In this document: piece by piece, positions 50,206 through 58,801 of the stretch | How the letters are laid out: the number at the start of each line of letters is the position of its first letter | Position numbering within the stretch: position 1 is the first letter of the stretch | DNA from: Candidatus Hydrogenedentota bacterium | GTDB taxonomy: Bacteria > Hydrogenedentota > Hydrogenedentia > Hydrogenedentales > SLHB01 | Assembly: GCA_045863335.1 (NCBI GenBank) | Contig: BTVY01000002.1 | Span: 3,873-67,872 of the forward strand | Direction: 5' to 3' | Length of the DNA: 64,000 bases | Notes under the pieces: generated by a model | What the model was told of the DNA's origin: nothing | Seen by the model: the letters and a program-made list of their open reading frames with translations, nothing else | Database searches by the model: none | Position numbers and translations under genes: made by a program

Positions 50206-50939
50206 GTTCACCCGACGCCAAGACGCCATCGTTGTTGAAGCCACTGCTGCTCCTCGTCGCTGTGGCGGTCCTCTTTCTTGCGTCCCAGGCGTTCCCGATC
50301 GCGGAATGGATGCGCGCGTTTCTGACGTGGGTCGACGCCCTCGGCCCACTTGCGCCTATTGCGCTGGGCATTGCGTACATCCTTGCCTGCGTGTTTCTCG
50401 TGCCAGGGTGGATCCTGACCCTGGGTGCGGGGTTTCTTTTCGGGGTTATCCGGGGAACCGTTGTCATTTCTATCTCGGCAACCCTGGGTGCAACCGCCGC
50501 GTTTCTTGTCGGAAGGTATCTGGCGCGAAACGCCGTAGCCAGGCGAATCGCGGGAAACGCGCGTTTCGAGGCAGTCGACCGGGCTGTCGCGCGGGAGGGG
50601 TGGAAAATTGTCGGGCTGACGCGACTCTCTCCCCTATTTCCATTCAACCTATTAAACTATGCGTTCGGACTGACCCAGGTTTCCCTGAAGGCGTACTTTT
50701 TTGCATCCTGGATCGGGATGCTGCCGGGAACGATTCTGTACGTCTATATTGGTTCGCTCGCGGGCGACCTGGCCACGTTGGGCACGGGTGAACGGCAGCG
50801 CAATATCGCGCAGTGGGTGTTGTACGGATTCGGATTGGTTGTGACCATCGTTGTCACGGTGTACGTGACGCGAATTGCGCGCGCCGCGCTCCGTACGACC
50901 ATCGATGGGGACCACCCCACAACAACCAGGGATCGCTGA
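50202..50939 (+). CDS. TVP38/TMEM64 (DedA-related) family membrane protein
   Basis: GTG start overlapping the DUF547 stop (GTGA). GAGFLFG...LSPLFPFNLLNYAFGLT is the family signature. Confidence 0.7.
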   Translation: MSSPDAKTPSLLKPLLLLVAVAVLFLASQAFPIAEWMRAFLTWVDALGPLAPIALGIAYILACVFLVPGWILTLGAGFLFGVIRGTVVISISATLGATAAFLVGRYLARNAVARRIAGNARFEAVDRAVAREGWKIVGLTRLSPLFPFNLLNYAFGLTQVSLKAYFFASWIGMLPGTILYVYIGSLAGDLATLGTGERQRNIAQWVLYGFGLVVTIVVTVYVTRIARAALRTTIDGDHPTTTRDR

Positions 50940-52472
50940 ATGAGCACGGCTGAAAAGATTACGATGCCGCCGATGGATGGGCACAACAGAGAATTGGTCG
51001 CCAACGTGCATCCACCGGATTGGGTCAATCCACAACCGCAGCCGCGCTATAACCTGGTGGTGATCGGTGCCGGTACTGCAGGGTTGGTCACGGCGGCGGG
51101 CGCGGCAGGCCTGGGCGCGAAAGTGGCCCTGGTCGAGCGCCACCTCATGGGCGGCGATTGTCTGAACACAGGATGCGTGCCGTCGAAAGCCATCATTCGA
51201 AGTGGGAGGGCCTTGGCCGAAGTGTGCGATGCGCACCGGTTCGGCGTCCAGACCGGTGGGGCGAGTTCGGTCGACTTCGCGGCTGTGATGGATCGAATGC
51301 GGGCGATTCGGAGCGGGATAAGTCATCATGATTCCGCGGAGCGTTTCCGCGAGCTTGGTGTTGACGTATTCTTCGGAGATGCACGATTCAAGAGCCGTGA
51401 TTGCGTCGAAGTTGGCGGTCAGGCGCTACGTTTCTCCAAAGCAGTGATCGCAACGGGAGCGCGGCCCGCGGTACCGGATATCCCGGGGTTGGAAGCGGCG
51501 GGGTATCTGACGAACGAGACGGTCTTTTCCTTGACGGAATGCCCGGACCGGATGTTAGTGATCGGCGGCGGCCCGATCGGGTGCGAGCTAGCTCAGGCCT
51601 TTCAGCGTCTGGGATCTCAAGTAACCCTGGTTGAACGCGGGGCTCGGGTGCTTCCGCGGGATGATTCCGATGCGGCGCTAATCGTCGCCGACAGCTTGAG
51701 GCGCGACGGCGTTTCGCTGGTGTTGGGTGCATCGATCGCGCACGTCGATTTGGTGGAGGGTAACAAGCGCGCAATCCTCGCTGGAGACGGCGGTGAGCGC
51801 GTAATTGACGTCGATGCAATCCTCGTGGCCTCAGGGCGGAGGGCAAATGTGGAAGATCTCCGACTCGAGTCGGCGGGGGTGGCCTACGAGTCACGCACCG
51901 GAGTACAGGTGGATGATTTTCTCCGGACGACCAATCCGCGGATCTACGCGGCGGGTGACGTATGTATGCGGTACAAGTTCACGCACGCGGCGGATGCGGC
52001 GGCGCGGATAGTCATTCAAAACGCGCTTTTCGGAATCGCCGGCAAGAAAAATGCAAACGCGTTGACGATCCCGTGGTGTACGTACACGGAGCCCGAGCTC
52101 GCGCAGGTAGGGTTAAACGATCTGGAGGCGAGGGAACGGAGAATCGCGATCGATACAATCCAGGTATCTGTGGCGGACGTGGATCGCGCACGTACGGATG
52201 ATGAGACGGAGGGGTTTCTCAAGGTCCACCTCAAGAAGGGGTCAGACCGAATCCTGGGCGCCACCTTGGTAGCCCGTCATGCAGGAGATATCATCAGCGA
52301 GATCACGTTGGCGATGGCTGCGGGCGTGGGGCTCCGAACGATCGCAGACGTCATTCATCCATATCCCACCCACGCCGAAATCGTCAAAAAGGCCGCGGAC
52401 GCGTACAACCGGACGCGTCTGACGCCGTTGCTGAAGCGGGTACTTGCGACCATTCTTCGGTGGCAGCGCTAG
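50940..52472 (+). CDS. class I pyridine nucleotide-disulfide oxidoreductase (dihydrolipoyl dehydrogenase / mercuric reductase-like)
   Basis: ATG directly follows the TVP38 stop (TGAATG). YNLVVIGAGTAGL FAD motif. Redox-active GGDCLNTGCVPSK disulfide motif. Confidence 0.8.
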   Translation: MSTAEKITMPPMDGHNRELVANVHPPDWVNPQPQPRYNLVVIGAGTAGLVTAAGAAGLGAKVALVERHLMGGDCLNTGCVPSKAIIRSGRALAEVCDAHRFGVQTGGASSVDFAAVMDRMRAIRSGISHHDSAERFRELGVDVFFGDARFKSRDCVEVGGQALRFSKAVIATGARPAVPDIPGLEAAGYLTNETVFSLTECPDRMLVIGGGPIGCELAQAFQRLGSQVTLVERGARVLPRDDSDAALIVADSLRRDGVSLVLGASIAHVDLVEGNKRAILAGDGGERVIDVDAILVASGRRANVEDLRLESAGVAYESRTGVQVDDFLRTTNPRIYAAGDVCMRYKFTHAADAAARIVIQNALFGIAGKKNANALTIPWCTYTEPELAQVGLNDLEARERRIAIDTIQVSVADVDRARTDDETEGFLKVHLKKGSDRILGATLVARHAGDIISEITLAMAAGVGLRTIADVIHPYPTHAEIVKKAADAYNRTRLTPLLKRVLATILRWQR

Positions 52473-52951
52473 CGGGAATTGCTCACGTTGATCGATCCGG
52501 ACATTTTCAATTGTTTAAACAATTGCTTGATCGCTTCCCGTTCGCCGAGGGTGATGGAGATCACTTTGGCGCCGTTGGTGATGAGCTGAATGGAGATGGA
52601 GGCGAGGACGAGTCCTCCACAAGCGAGTATTCCTATGGCGATGACGGGCGCCAACGCCACTTCATCCCCTTCGAACACGATCGTCAAATTCTCATTGCCG
52701 ATGAGCTGTGCCCATTCAGCGACCAAGGAACGAATGTTCCCCGGGTTGTTCAGGGTCGTGACGATCACTCCGAAAACCTTCAGGACAAATGTCAAACCCG
52801 TCACGATGAGCACTATCCCGATGATGGCACCGCCGAATCGCACGACGTCTTGCAGCAAATCGCCCAAGTCCAGATCTTTGTGGGTGCCGCCGGGGTCGTA
52901 GTTTCGAGGAATCGAGTAGTCCCGATCGTAGTTGCCGCTGTCATGCACCAT
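52469..52951 (-). CDS. small membrane protein, unknown function
   Basis: GGGAGGGGA RBS. 3 TM helices. Its stop overlaps the stop of the convergent oxidoreductase gene (CTAG). Confidence 0.45.
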   Translation of the reverse strand: MVHDSGNYDRDYSIPRNYDPGGTHKDLDLGDLLQDVVRFGGAIIGIVLIVTGLTFVLKVFGVIVTTLNNPGNIRSLVAEWAQLIGNENLTIVFEGDEVALAPVIAIGILACGGLVLASISIQLITNGAKVISITLGEREAIKQLFKQLKMSGSINVSNSR

Positions 52952-53049
52952 GGAGGTCCCCTCCCTTTTCAGGAGTTATAGCGCTCTCTGCCGTTACAGG
53001 GCAAGGGTCATTCTTGTTTCCTCGCGTCCGTTGTTCTATAACCGCCGCC

Positions 53050-55047
53050 ATGCGCAACGGTGCCACCATAGCCGTTATCGTCCCCGCCTACAACGAGGAG
53101 GCATCGATTGGGCGGGTGTTGTCGGCTGTACCGGATTGGGTGGACCAAGTCGTGGTGGCCGACAACGCTTCTGGCGACAGAACGTCCTTGATTGCGGCGG
53201 AACACGGGGCCACGGTTGTCCACGAGCCGATGCGCGGATACGGTGCGGCGTGTCTGCGGGCCATGAAGGCGTTGAACGCGCCGGATGTGGCGGTGTTTCT
53301 CGACGCGGATTTTAGCGATGACCCCTCTGAGATGGACCGGTTGGTCGACCCCATTCTGTCGGGAGACACGGAAATTGTTATTGGCTCGCGGGTACTGGGG
53401 CAATGTGAACCCGGATCGCTGACGCCGCAGCAGCGCTACGGAAACGCCCTCGCCTGTTTGCTGATGCGATGGATCTATGGCGTGCGCCATACCGATCTCG
53501 GACCTTTCCGCGCCGTTCGCTGGTCAACGCTCATCGAGTTGGAAATGGCGGACCGCACCTGGGGATGGACGGTGGAACTTCAGGTGAAGGCGGCCAAGGC
53601 GCGAATCCGGGCGATCGAAGTGCCGGTGTCATATCGCAAGCGAATCGGTGTTTCCAAGATCTCCGGCACGGTTCAGGGTGTGATTCGCGCGGGCGCGAAA
53701 ATCCTGTATACGATTTTCAACGAGGCGGCGGCGCGGCATCGACAGGGCAGGTCGGTCCAACGACTGCTCGTTTTCTCGCGATATCCCGTGGCCGGACGGA
53801 CGAAGACGCGTTTAATCCCCGCTCTCGGCCCGGAGGGCGCCGCGACGTTGCATCGCGAGATGGCCGCATGGACCCTGCGCGTGGCGCGGCGCGCGGTATT
53901 GGACGGAAAGACGGGGCTTCAGGTCCAGTACACCGGCGGCGAGGAGTCCGCAATGGCGGCCTGGCTGGGGCCTGACCTGGAGTATTGCGAGCAGTCTGAG
54001 GGGGACTTGGGCGCACGGTTGCACGACGCATTTGCCCAGGCGTTCGACGCGCGGTGGAAACGTGTGATTGCGATTGGTACCGACTGCCCCGGACTTCGGG
54101 ATGCGACCATCCGGAAAGCGTTCGCGCTCCTTCGGGATTACGACGTCGTTCTGGGGCCGACTGACGACGGCGGGTACTACCTCATCGGTTTGCGCGGGCC
54201 GTCGGCGTCGCTCTTCGGTGATGTGGAATGGGGTACGGGTACCGTCTTTTCGACAACCTTGTCGCGGGCGGAACAGCTCGGTTTGTCCGTGGCCCTTTTG
54301 CCGACGCTGCACGACGTAGACACGACGGACGATTTGTCGGAATGGGAACTGCACGGTCCTCAGGAAATCAGTCATCGGCCAGTTCTTTCCGTGATTGTGC
54401 CTGCGCTCAATGAAGAAGCGGAACTCGGCAACACACTTGCCGCCCTGGGAGCGAACCCCGATGTCGAAGTGATCGTAGTAGACGGCGGGAGTTCGGACGG
54501 CACCGTGAGCCTGGCCGAAACGTACGGGGCGATGGTGATGTGTTCCGCCGCGGGCCGGGCTCTGCAAATGAATGCCGGGGCGGATGCAGCGCGTGGGGAG
54601 CTGCTTGTGTTTCTGCACGCGGATACCCGGGTTCCCCAGGGGTACGTGGAGGAGATTCGGCGGGTTCTTGCGGATGCGGAAGTCGTGGCTGGATCGTTCC
54701 ACTTGGGGATTGACAGCGCTGATCTCCCATCGCGGCTGTTCGCGCGGGGTGCGAACTGGCGCTCCCGCTACCTTCACTTGCCCTACGGCGACCAGTGCCT
54801 GTTCATAAAGCGAGAGACCTTTCACGCGCTGGGCGGGTTCCGGGAAATGCCGATTCTGGAAGACTACGAGTTTGTGCTGCGCGCACGCCGCCGCGGTCGT
54901 GTCCAGCTTGCCGAGGGAATCGCCGTCACTTCCGCGCGCCGGTGGCGCGGAACCGGCGCTTGGCGGCTGTGCTTCAAAAACCAACTGGTGCTGTTGGGAT
55001 ATCACTTGGGAATTGACCTGAATCGTCTCGCACGGCTCAGAAAATAG
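53050..55047 (+). CDS. triple-domain glycosyltransferase: GT2 + DUF2064 (TIGR04282-like) + GT2
   Basis: IAVIVPAYNEE...DNASGD (GT2-A). FSRYPVAGRTKTRL...AIGTDCPGL...DDGGYYLIGL (DUF2064). SVIVPALNEE...DGGSSDGT (second GT2). Confidence 0.7.
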   Translation: MRNGATIAVIVPAYNEEASIGRVLSAVPDWVDQVVVADNASGDRTSLIAAEHGATVVHEPMRGYGAACLRAMKALNAPDVAVFLDADFSDDPSEMDRLVDPILSGDTEIVIGSRVLGQCEPGSLTPQQRYGNALACLLMRWIYGVRHTDLGPFRAVRWSTLIELEMADRTWGWTVELQVKAAKARIRAIEVPVSYRKRIGVSKISGTVQGVIRAGAKILYTIFNEAAARHRQGRSVQRLLVFSRYPVAGRTKTRLIPALGPEGAATLHREMAAWTLRVARRAVLDGKTGLQVQYTGGEESAMAAWLGPDLEYCEQSEGDLGARLHDAFAQAFDARWKRVIAIGTDCPGLRDATIRKAFALLRDYDVVLGPTDDGGYYLIGLRGPSASLFGDVEWGTGTVFSTTLSRAEQLGLSVALLPTLHDVDTTDDLSEWELHGPQEISHRPVLSVIVPALNEEAELGNTLAALGANPDVEVIVVDGGSSDGTVSLAETYGAMVMCSAAGRALQMNAGADAARGELLVFLHADTRVPQGYVEEIRRVLADAEVVAGSFHLGIDSADLPSRLFARGANWRSRYLHLPYGDQCLFIKRETFHALGGFREMPILEDYEFVLRARRRGRVQLAEGIAVTSARRWRGTGAWRLCFKNQLVLLGYHLGIDLNRLARLRK

Positions 55048-56088
55048 TCAGGTCTCCGCGAGCGTGGTGTTCTTGACGACATCCACGAGATGGCAGACAC
55101 TCTCGAATGGCGTTTCCCGCAGGAGACCGTGGCTCAGGTTAAAGATATGGCCGCGATGTTCGCCCTGGCGAATGCATTCGCGGGCGGCTTCCGCAATTTC
55201 TTCTTTGGAGCCCGTCACCAACAGGCGGTTGTCGAGGTTCCCCTGAAGAACCCGGTCAGCGCCGAGGCGATGCCGTGTCTCGGAAATGCTCGGGGTTGCG
55301 GCCAAGCTCAGAATGTCCGCTCCCGACGCGTCGAGCGTGTCGAGATCCGGCCAGTCGCGCGCGAACATGATGGTGGGCACGGAACCGCGCAGCGCTTCAA
55401 AGATGCGTCGCTGGTACGGCAACGCAAATTCCCGGTACTCGTCGGCGGTGAACAGATAGGCGGCCGATTCAAAGAGTTGCCAGGCCGCCGCGCCGGCATT
55501 GATCTGCAAGCGCAGGTAGTCGATGGTCATATTCGTCAACTTGTCGAGTAGCCGATGCAGCGCTTCGGGCTGTTCTCTCATGAACGCGCTGAACCGGTCA
55601 GCCCGCTTGCCAAAGCTCCCGCCCTGGATCAGAAACACGGCCAGCGTGAGTGGCGCGCCTGCAAATCCGAGTACGGGAAGTTCGCCGTCGAGGGCCTTGT
55701 ACACGAGCCGGAAGGTCTCGGGGATGAAGGGAAGCTCATCCGCGACGTCGTAGAGATGCAGCGCATCCAGTGCATCGATGGATTGAAAGTCCTTCTCAAA
55801 TTCCGGTCCCGAATTAAAGGCGAACGCGGCGCCCATGGGCGCGAGTGGCGTCAAGATATCCTGGAAATAGATGATGGCGTCCACGCCGATGCGTTTTGGA
55901 AGCAGTGAAATTTGCGCCGCGAGTTCCGGGTGGCAGAAGAGTTCGTGGAGTGGCAGGCCCGACGTTTCCTTGAGTTTGTTGTATTCGGGATCGGTGCGGC
56001 CCGCCTGGCGCATCATCCAGATGGGAGTGCGCGAAGTTTTTTCGCCGCGAGCGGCGCGGATAAGGAGGTCGTTTTTAAAGTTTTGCAA
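55048..56088 (-). CDS. hemE: uroporphyrinogen decarboxylase
   Basis: N-terminus FKNDLLIRAARGEKTSRTPIWMMRQAGR matches the HemE signature PxWxMRQAGR. TTG start. Zero-nt gap to the convergent GT gene. Confidence 0.85.
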   Translation of the reverse strand: MQNFKNDLLIRAARGEKTSRTPIWMMRQAGRTDPEYNKLKETSGLPLHELFCHPELAAQISLLPKRIGVDAIIYFQDILTPLAPMGAAFAFNSGPEFEKDFQSIDALDALHLYDVADELPFIPETFRLVYKALDGELPVLGFAGAPLTLAVFLIQGGSFGKRADRFSAFMREQPEALHRLLDKLTNMTIDYLRLQINAGAAAWQLFESAAYLFTADEYREFALPYQRRIFEALRGSVPTIMFARDWPDLDTLDASGADILSLAATPSISETRHRLGADRVLQGNLDNRLLVTGSKEEIAEAARECIRQGEHRGHIFNLSHGLLRETPFESVCHLVDVVKNTTLAET

Positions 56089-56313
56089 TGGTTTGTTCCG
56101 GACGTTGTATGGCGTTTGGATGAGGAATTATAGCGTTTGCGGAAATCTGAACTCCAAGGTTCGTTGAGTTGCGAGAAAGTTTCGGTTTCTGTCGCCCTAT
56201 CCGGGGCTCTCACGACGTTTGGTGGCCCTGTACCCGGGGTTCCGCTCGTGCCTCGCTCCACCCCGGGCTACATTCGAGTCGCCCCTTCCGGGGCTTCATT
56301 CTGGCGCGTGGGC

Positions 56314-58449
56314 TCACTCAATAGTGACTGATGGTGCTATGGCGTACGTCCTGGCATCGAGATCGATGGTTATGGTGGTTCCATCGGCGTAAGTGGCGCG
56401 CTGCTTTCTAAAGGAGCCGTCCAGGAACTCGTGGTTCACCATCTCTTGCGATGCGAGGCGCTCATTTAACTCACACGCTTCTTGGACACGCGCGACCTGG
56501 GCCTCGTCGGGGCCGAGGCCGACGTAGGGTAGGCCCGCGTTCAGGAGGCAATGGAGCCATGCCGCGTCGCCCTTGGGAATGCCCCAACCGCCGTCCTCCC
56601 CCATCTCCCAGGGCAGGAGGAGGCAGTCGTGGTACACGAGGTTCCAGAGAGGGATCGGAATGCCGCGCGCTTCGCCGCCGCCGTAATGAGGGTAGGTTCC
56701 GTAGGGGCCGTGGTGCACCAGGTCGAGGTGGGGCGCGAGGTAGTCGGTGGGTTCTTCCGAACTGACCACGTAGCCTCTTGCGCGAAGCAGGTCGAAACTT
56801 TGCTGCCGGTAGTGGGCGCACTCGCTGCGCGTCACGGGATGGGCGGCCGCAGTACTTTCCTCGAGCGGGACCACGGAGAATACGTCGAGATAGGCACCCT
56901 TCACCTTGATGCCATGAGACGCGAACAGATCATGATTGCGCCGCACGTACTCCGGCGCGAAGCGGCTGCTGAGGATGGTCTGGGGACCGCCGCACCACGT
57001 GGAGGTCTCTTCGCGGGTGCCGTCGAAACGGTACGCCGCTAGCCGGTCGTCGAAGGATGCGGCATTCAGATAAAAGTCGCGGTACTGGTCGTGTACGGCG
57101 AACAAAAATCCGAGTTCGTCGCAGGTATCGGCGAACCGGCGGAGTCCCTCCCATCCCCCCTGCTCTTCGCCGGGCGGCAGCACATCGGGATGGCCGTTGT
57201 CGTAGCCGTAGAACCCCCAGCCGTCGAGGTGGACGTAGGCGTCATCAATACCCCGTTCGTTGAGTCCGCGCAAACCGTCGGCGAGTTGGTCGAAAGTGTT
57301 CAATCCATGATTGGCTTCGATGCGCTCCTTGTTAAAGAGCGCCGACTCCTGCACGAAATGGTAGAGTGCGCCGATGTGCACCACGGGACGGCCGATGACT
57401 TCGTTGAGGTTTGGTGTGCGGACGCGCTTTTCGTCGATGGTAACCAGGCGTCCGTCCTCCTGCACGTAGCGTCGATAGCGCTTGGCCATGCGGACGTAAG
57501 TGGATTCGTCGTCGAAGACGTAGCGGATGGTACGCAGATATCGGACCTTGCCCATGCTCGAATACCAGCGGGGACGGATGATGGTAGGACCTCCGGGTGC
57601 ATGATTGTAAAAGGCGCCCGCGTCGTCGCTGGACTCCAGAATGGTTTGAACGCCGTGTCCATCGCGGATCTGGCCCCACCAGGGCATATACAGAGAGCGC
57701 GAGTTGCACAGGCTCGACTCGTGGAACTCCTGCTGCGAGTTGCCGGGGAGCAGCATACCCTGCATGTTTGGGATGACGGCAAAGTCGGCGTCGGTGGCGC
57801 CGGTTTCGATGGCCTTGGGCCAGTGGATGTGTCTGAAAGTATGGGCATCGTCGACGGCGGCCAGTTCGAATACGATCTCGTCGCCGATGAGGTTCGCGGT
57901 CAGACGAAGGATTAGTCTCGGAGCGTCCGGGAAGTCTGAGCAGGTCAAGGTCATCCCAACGCTGTAGCCGGTCCGGAACTCCGCCGCTTCGATGGTCTTG
58001 GCCGCGGTCAGCGCGAAGGATTGGTCGACGAGTTCCACATCGGTCGCGTCACTCGGGAAGAAATGCCACGTGGTCGCCGGGGTCGTGACCGTCATGGAGA
58101 GATCCGACCTGTTGATCCGCAATTCAATCGAGGGGTTGGTCACGATCCACGCGTCGGAAGTTTCCTCGAAGGTGCCGGAGGCGACTTCAGGTTTGGAGGC
58201 GGCGTGTTCCCAGAGCCAGGTGCGGACCGCGTCCATGTCGCGATAGAGCTGGTTGAACGCTTCTTCGGATTCAGCGCCGGCCTCGAGTTTGAGGCGAAGG
58301 TCTTCGAGCTTGCGCTCCTTCTCGGACTGGTTTTCGGCCGATACCGCGACTGTGCCGAGGCGTTCGAGATGGAATTTCAGGGTATCCACGCGCGGTGCGA
58401 GATCGCCCGCGGCGAATGCCTGGCAAAGTACGAGTAGTGTTGCAAGCAT
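56314..58449 (-). CDS. secreted hypothetical protein with N-terminal coiled-coil and putative TIM-barrel glycoside-hydrolase-like domain
   Basis: Signal peptide MLATLLVLCQAFAAG. 711 aa. No family recognised. Confidence 0.5.
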   Translation of the reverse strand: MLATLLVLCQAFAAGDLAPRVDTLKFHLERLGTVAVSAENQSEKERKLEDLRLKLEAGAESEEAFNQLYRDMDAVRTWLWEHAASKPEVASGTFEETSDAWIVTNPSIELRINRSDLSMTVTTPATTWHFFPSDATDVELVDQSFALTAAKTIEAAEFRTGYSVGMTLTCSDFPDAPRLILRLTANLIGDEIVFELAAVDDAHTFRHIHWPKAIETGATDADFAVIPNMQGMLLPGNSQQEFHESSLCNSRSLYMPWWGQIRDGHGVQTILESSDDAGAFYNHAPGGPTIIRPRWYSSMGKVRYLRTIRYVFDDESTYVRMAKRYRRYVQEDGRLVTIDEKRVRTPNLNEVIGRPVVHIGALYHFVQESALFNKERIEANHGLNTFDQLADGLRGLNERGIDDAYVHLDGWGFYGYDNGHPDVLPPGEEQGGWEGLRRFADTCDELGFLFAVHDQYRDFYLNAASFDDRLAAYRFDGTREETSTWCGGPQTILSSRFAPEYVRRNHDLFASHGIKVKGAYLDVFSVVPLEESTAAAHPVTRSECAHYRQQSFDLLRARGYVVSSEEPTDYLAPHLDLVHHGPYGTYPHYGGGEARGIPIPLWNLVYHDCLLLPWEMGEDGGWGIPKGDAAWLHCLLNAGLPYVGLGPDEAQVARVQEACELNERLASQEMVNHEFLDGSFRKQRATYADGTTITIDLDARTYAIAPSVTIE

Positions 58450-58497
58450 GACGTGTTCCCCCGAAAGCAAATTCAACAAGCTTGGTCTACCGTCCAC

Positions 58498-58665
58498 CTA
58501 GTCTCGCGCGCGGCGGGTCAAGATGGCGAGTATGACCCCCACGATGGCGATGCCGCCCCAGAGGCGCAGATCACCACCCAGGCCAGTCATCACGTAAATC
58601 CCCGATACGTTGGCGAGAAAACCCAACACTCCTACGATGGCTAATATGATTCCGATGAGCGTCAT
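58498..58665 (-). CDS. unannotated small membrane protein (55 aa, 2 TM)
   Basis: Not in the supplied ORF track (below its 60 aa cutoff). GGGAGG RBS 7 nt before ATG. Predicted product MTLIGIILAIVGVLGFLANVSGIYVMTGLGGDLRLWGGIAIVGVILAILTRRARD. Confidence 0.4.
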   Translation of the reverse strand: MTLIGIILAIVGVLGFLANVSGIYVMTGLGGDLRLWGGIAIVGVILAILTRRARD

Positions 58666-58801
58666 TGAATGGCCTCCCAGCGTTGTCCCCGGAAATGAAT
58701 GGGGGAAGTATAAGCCGGGGTGCGATGCTGTTCAACCGATGGAATCGCAAGGGGATGCGCGGTACAATGCGCGCGAGGCGGTACGAGTGAAAGGAGTGTT
58801 T

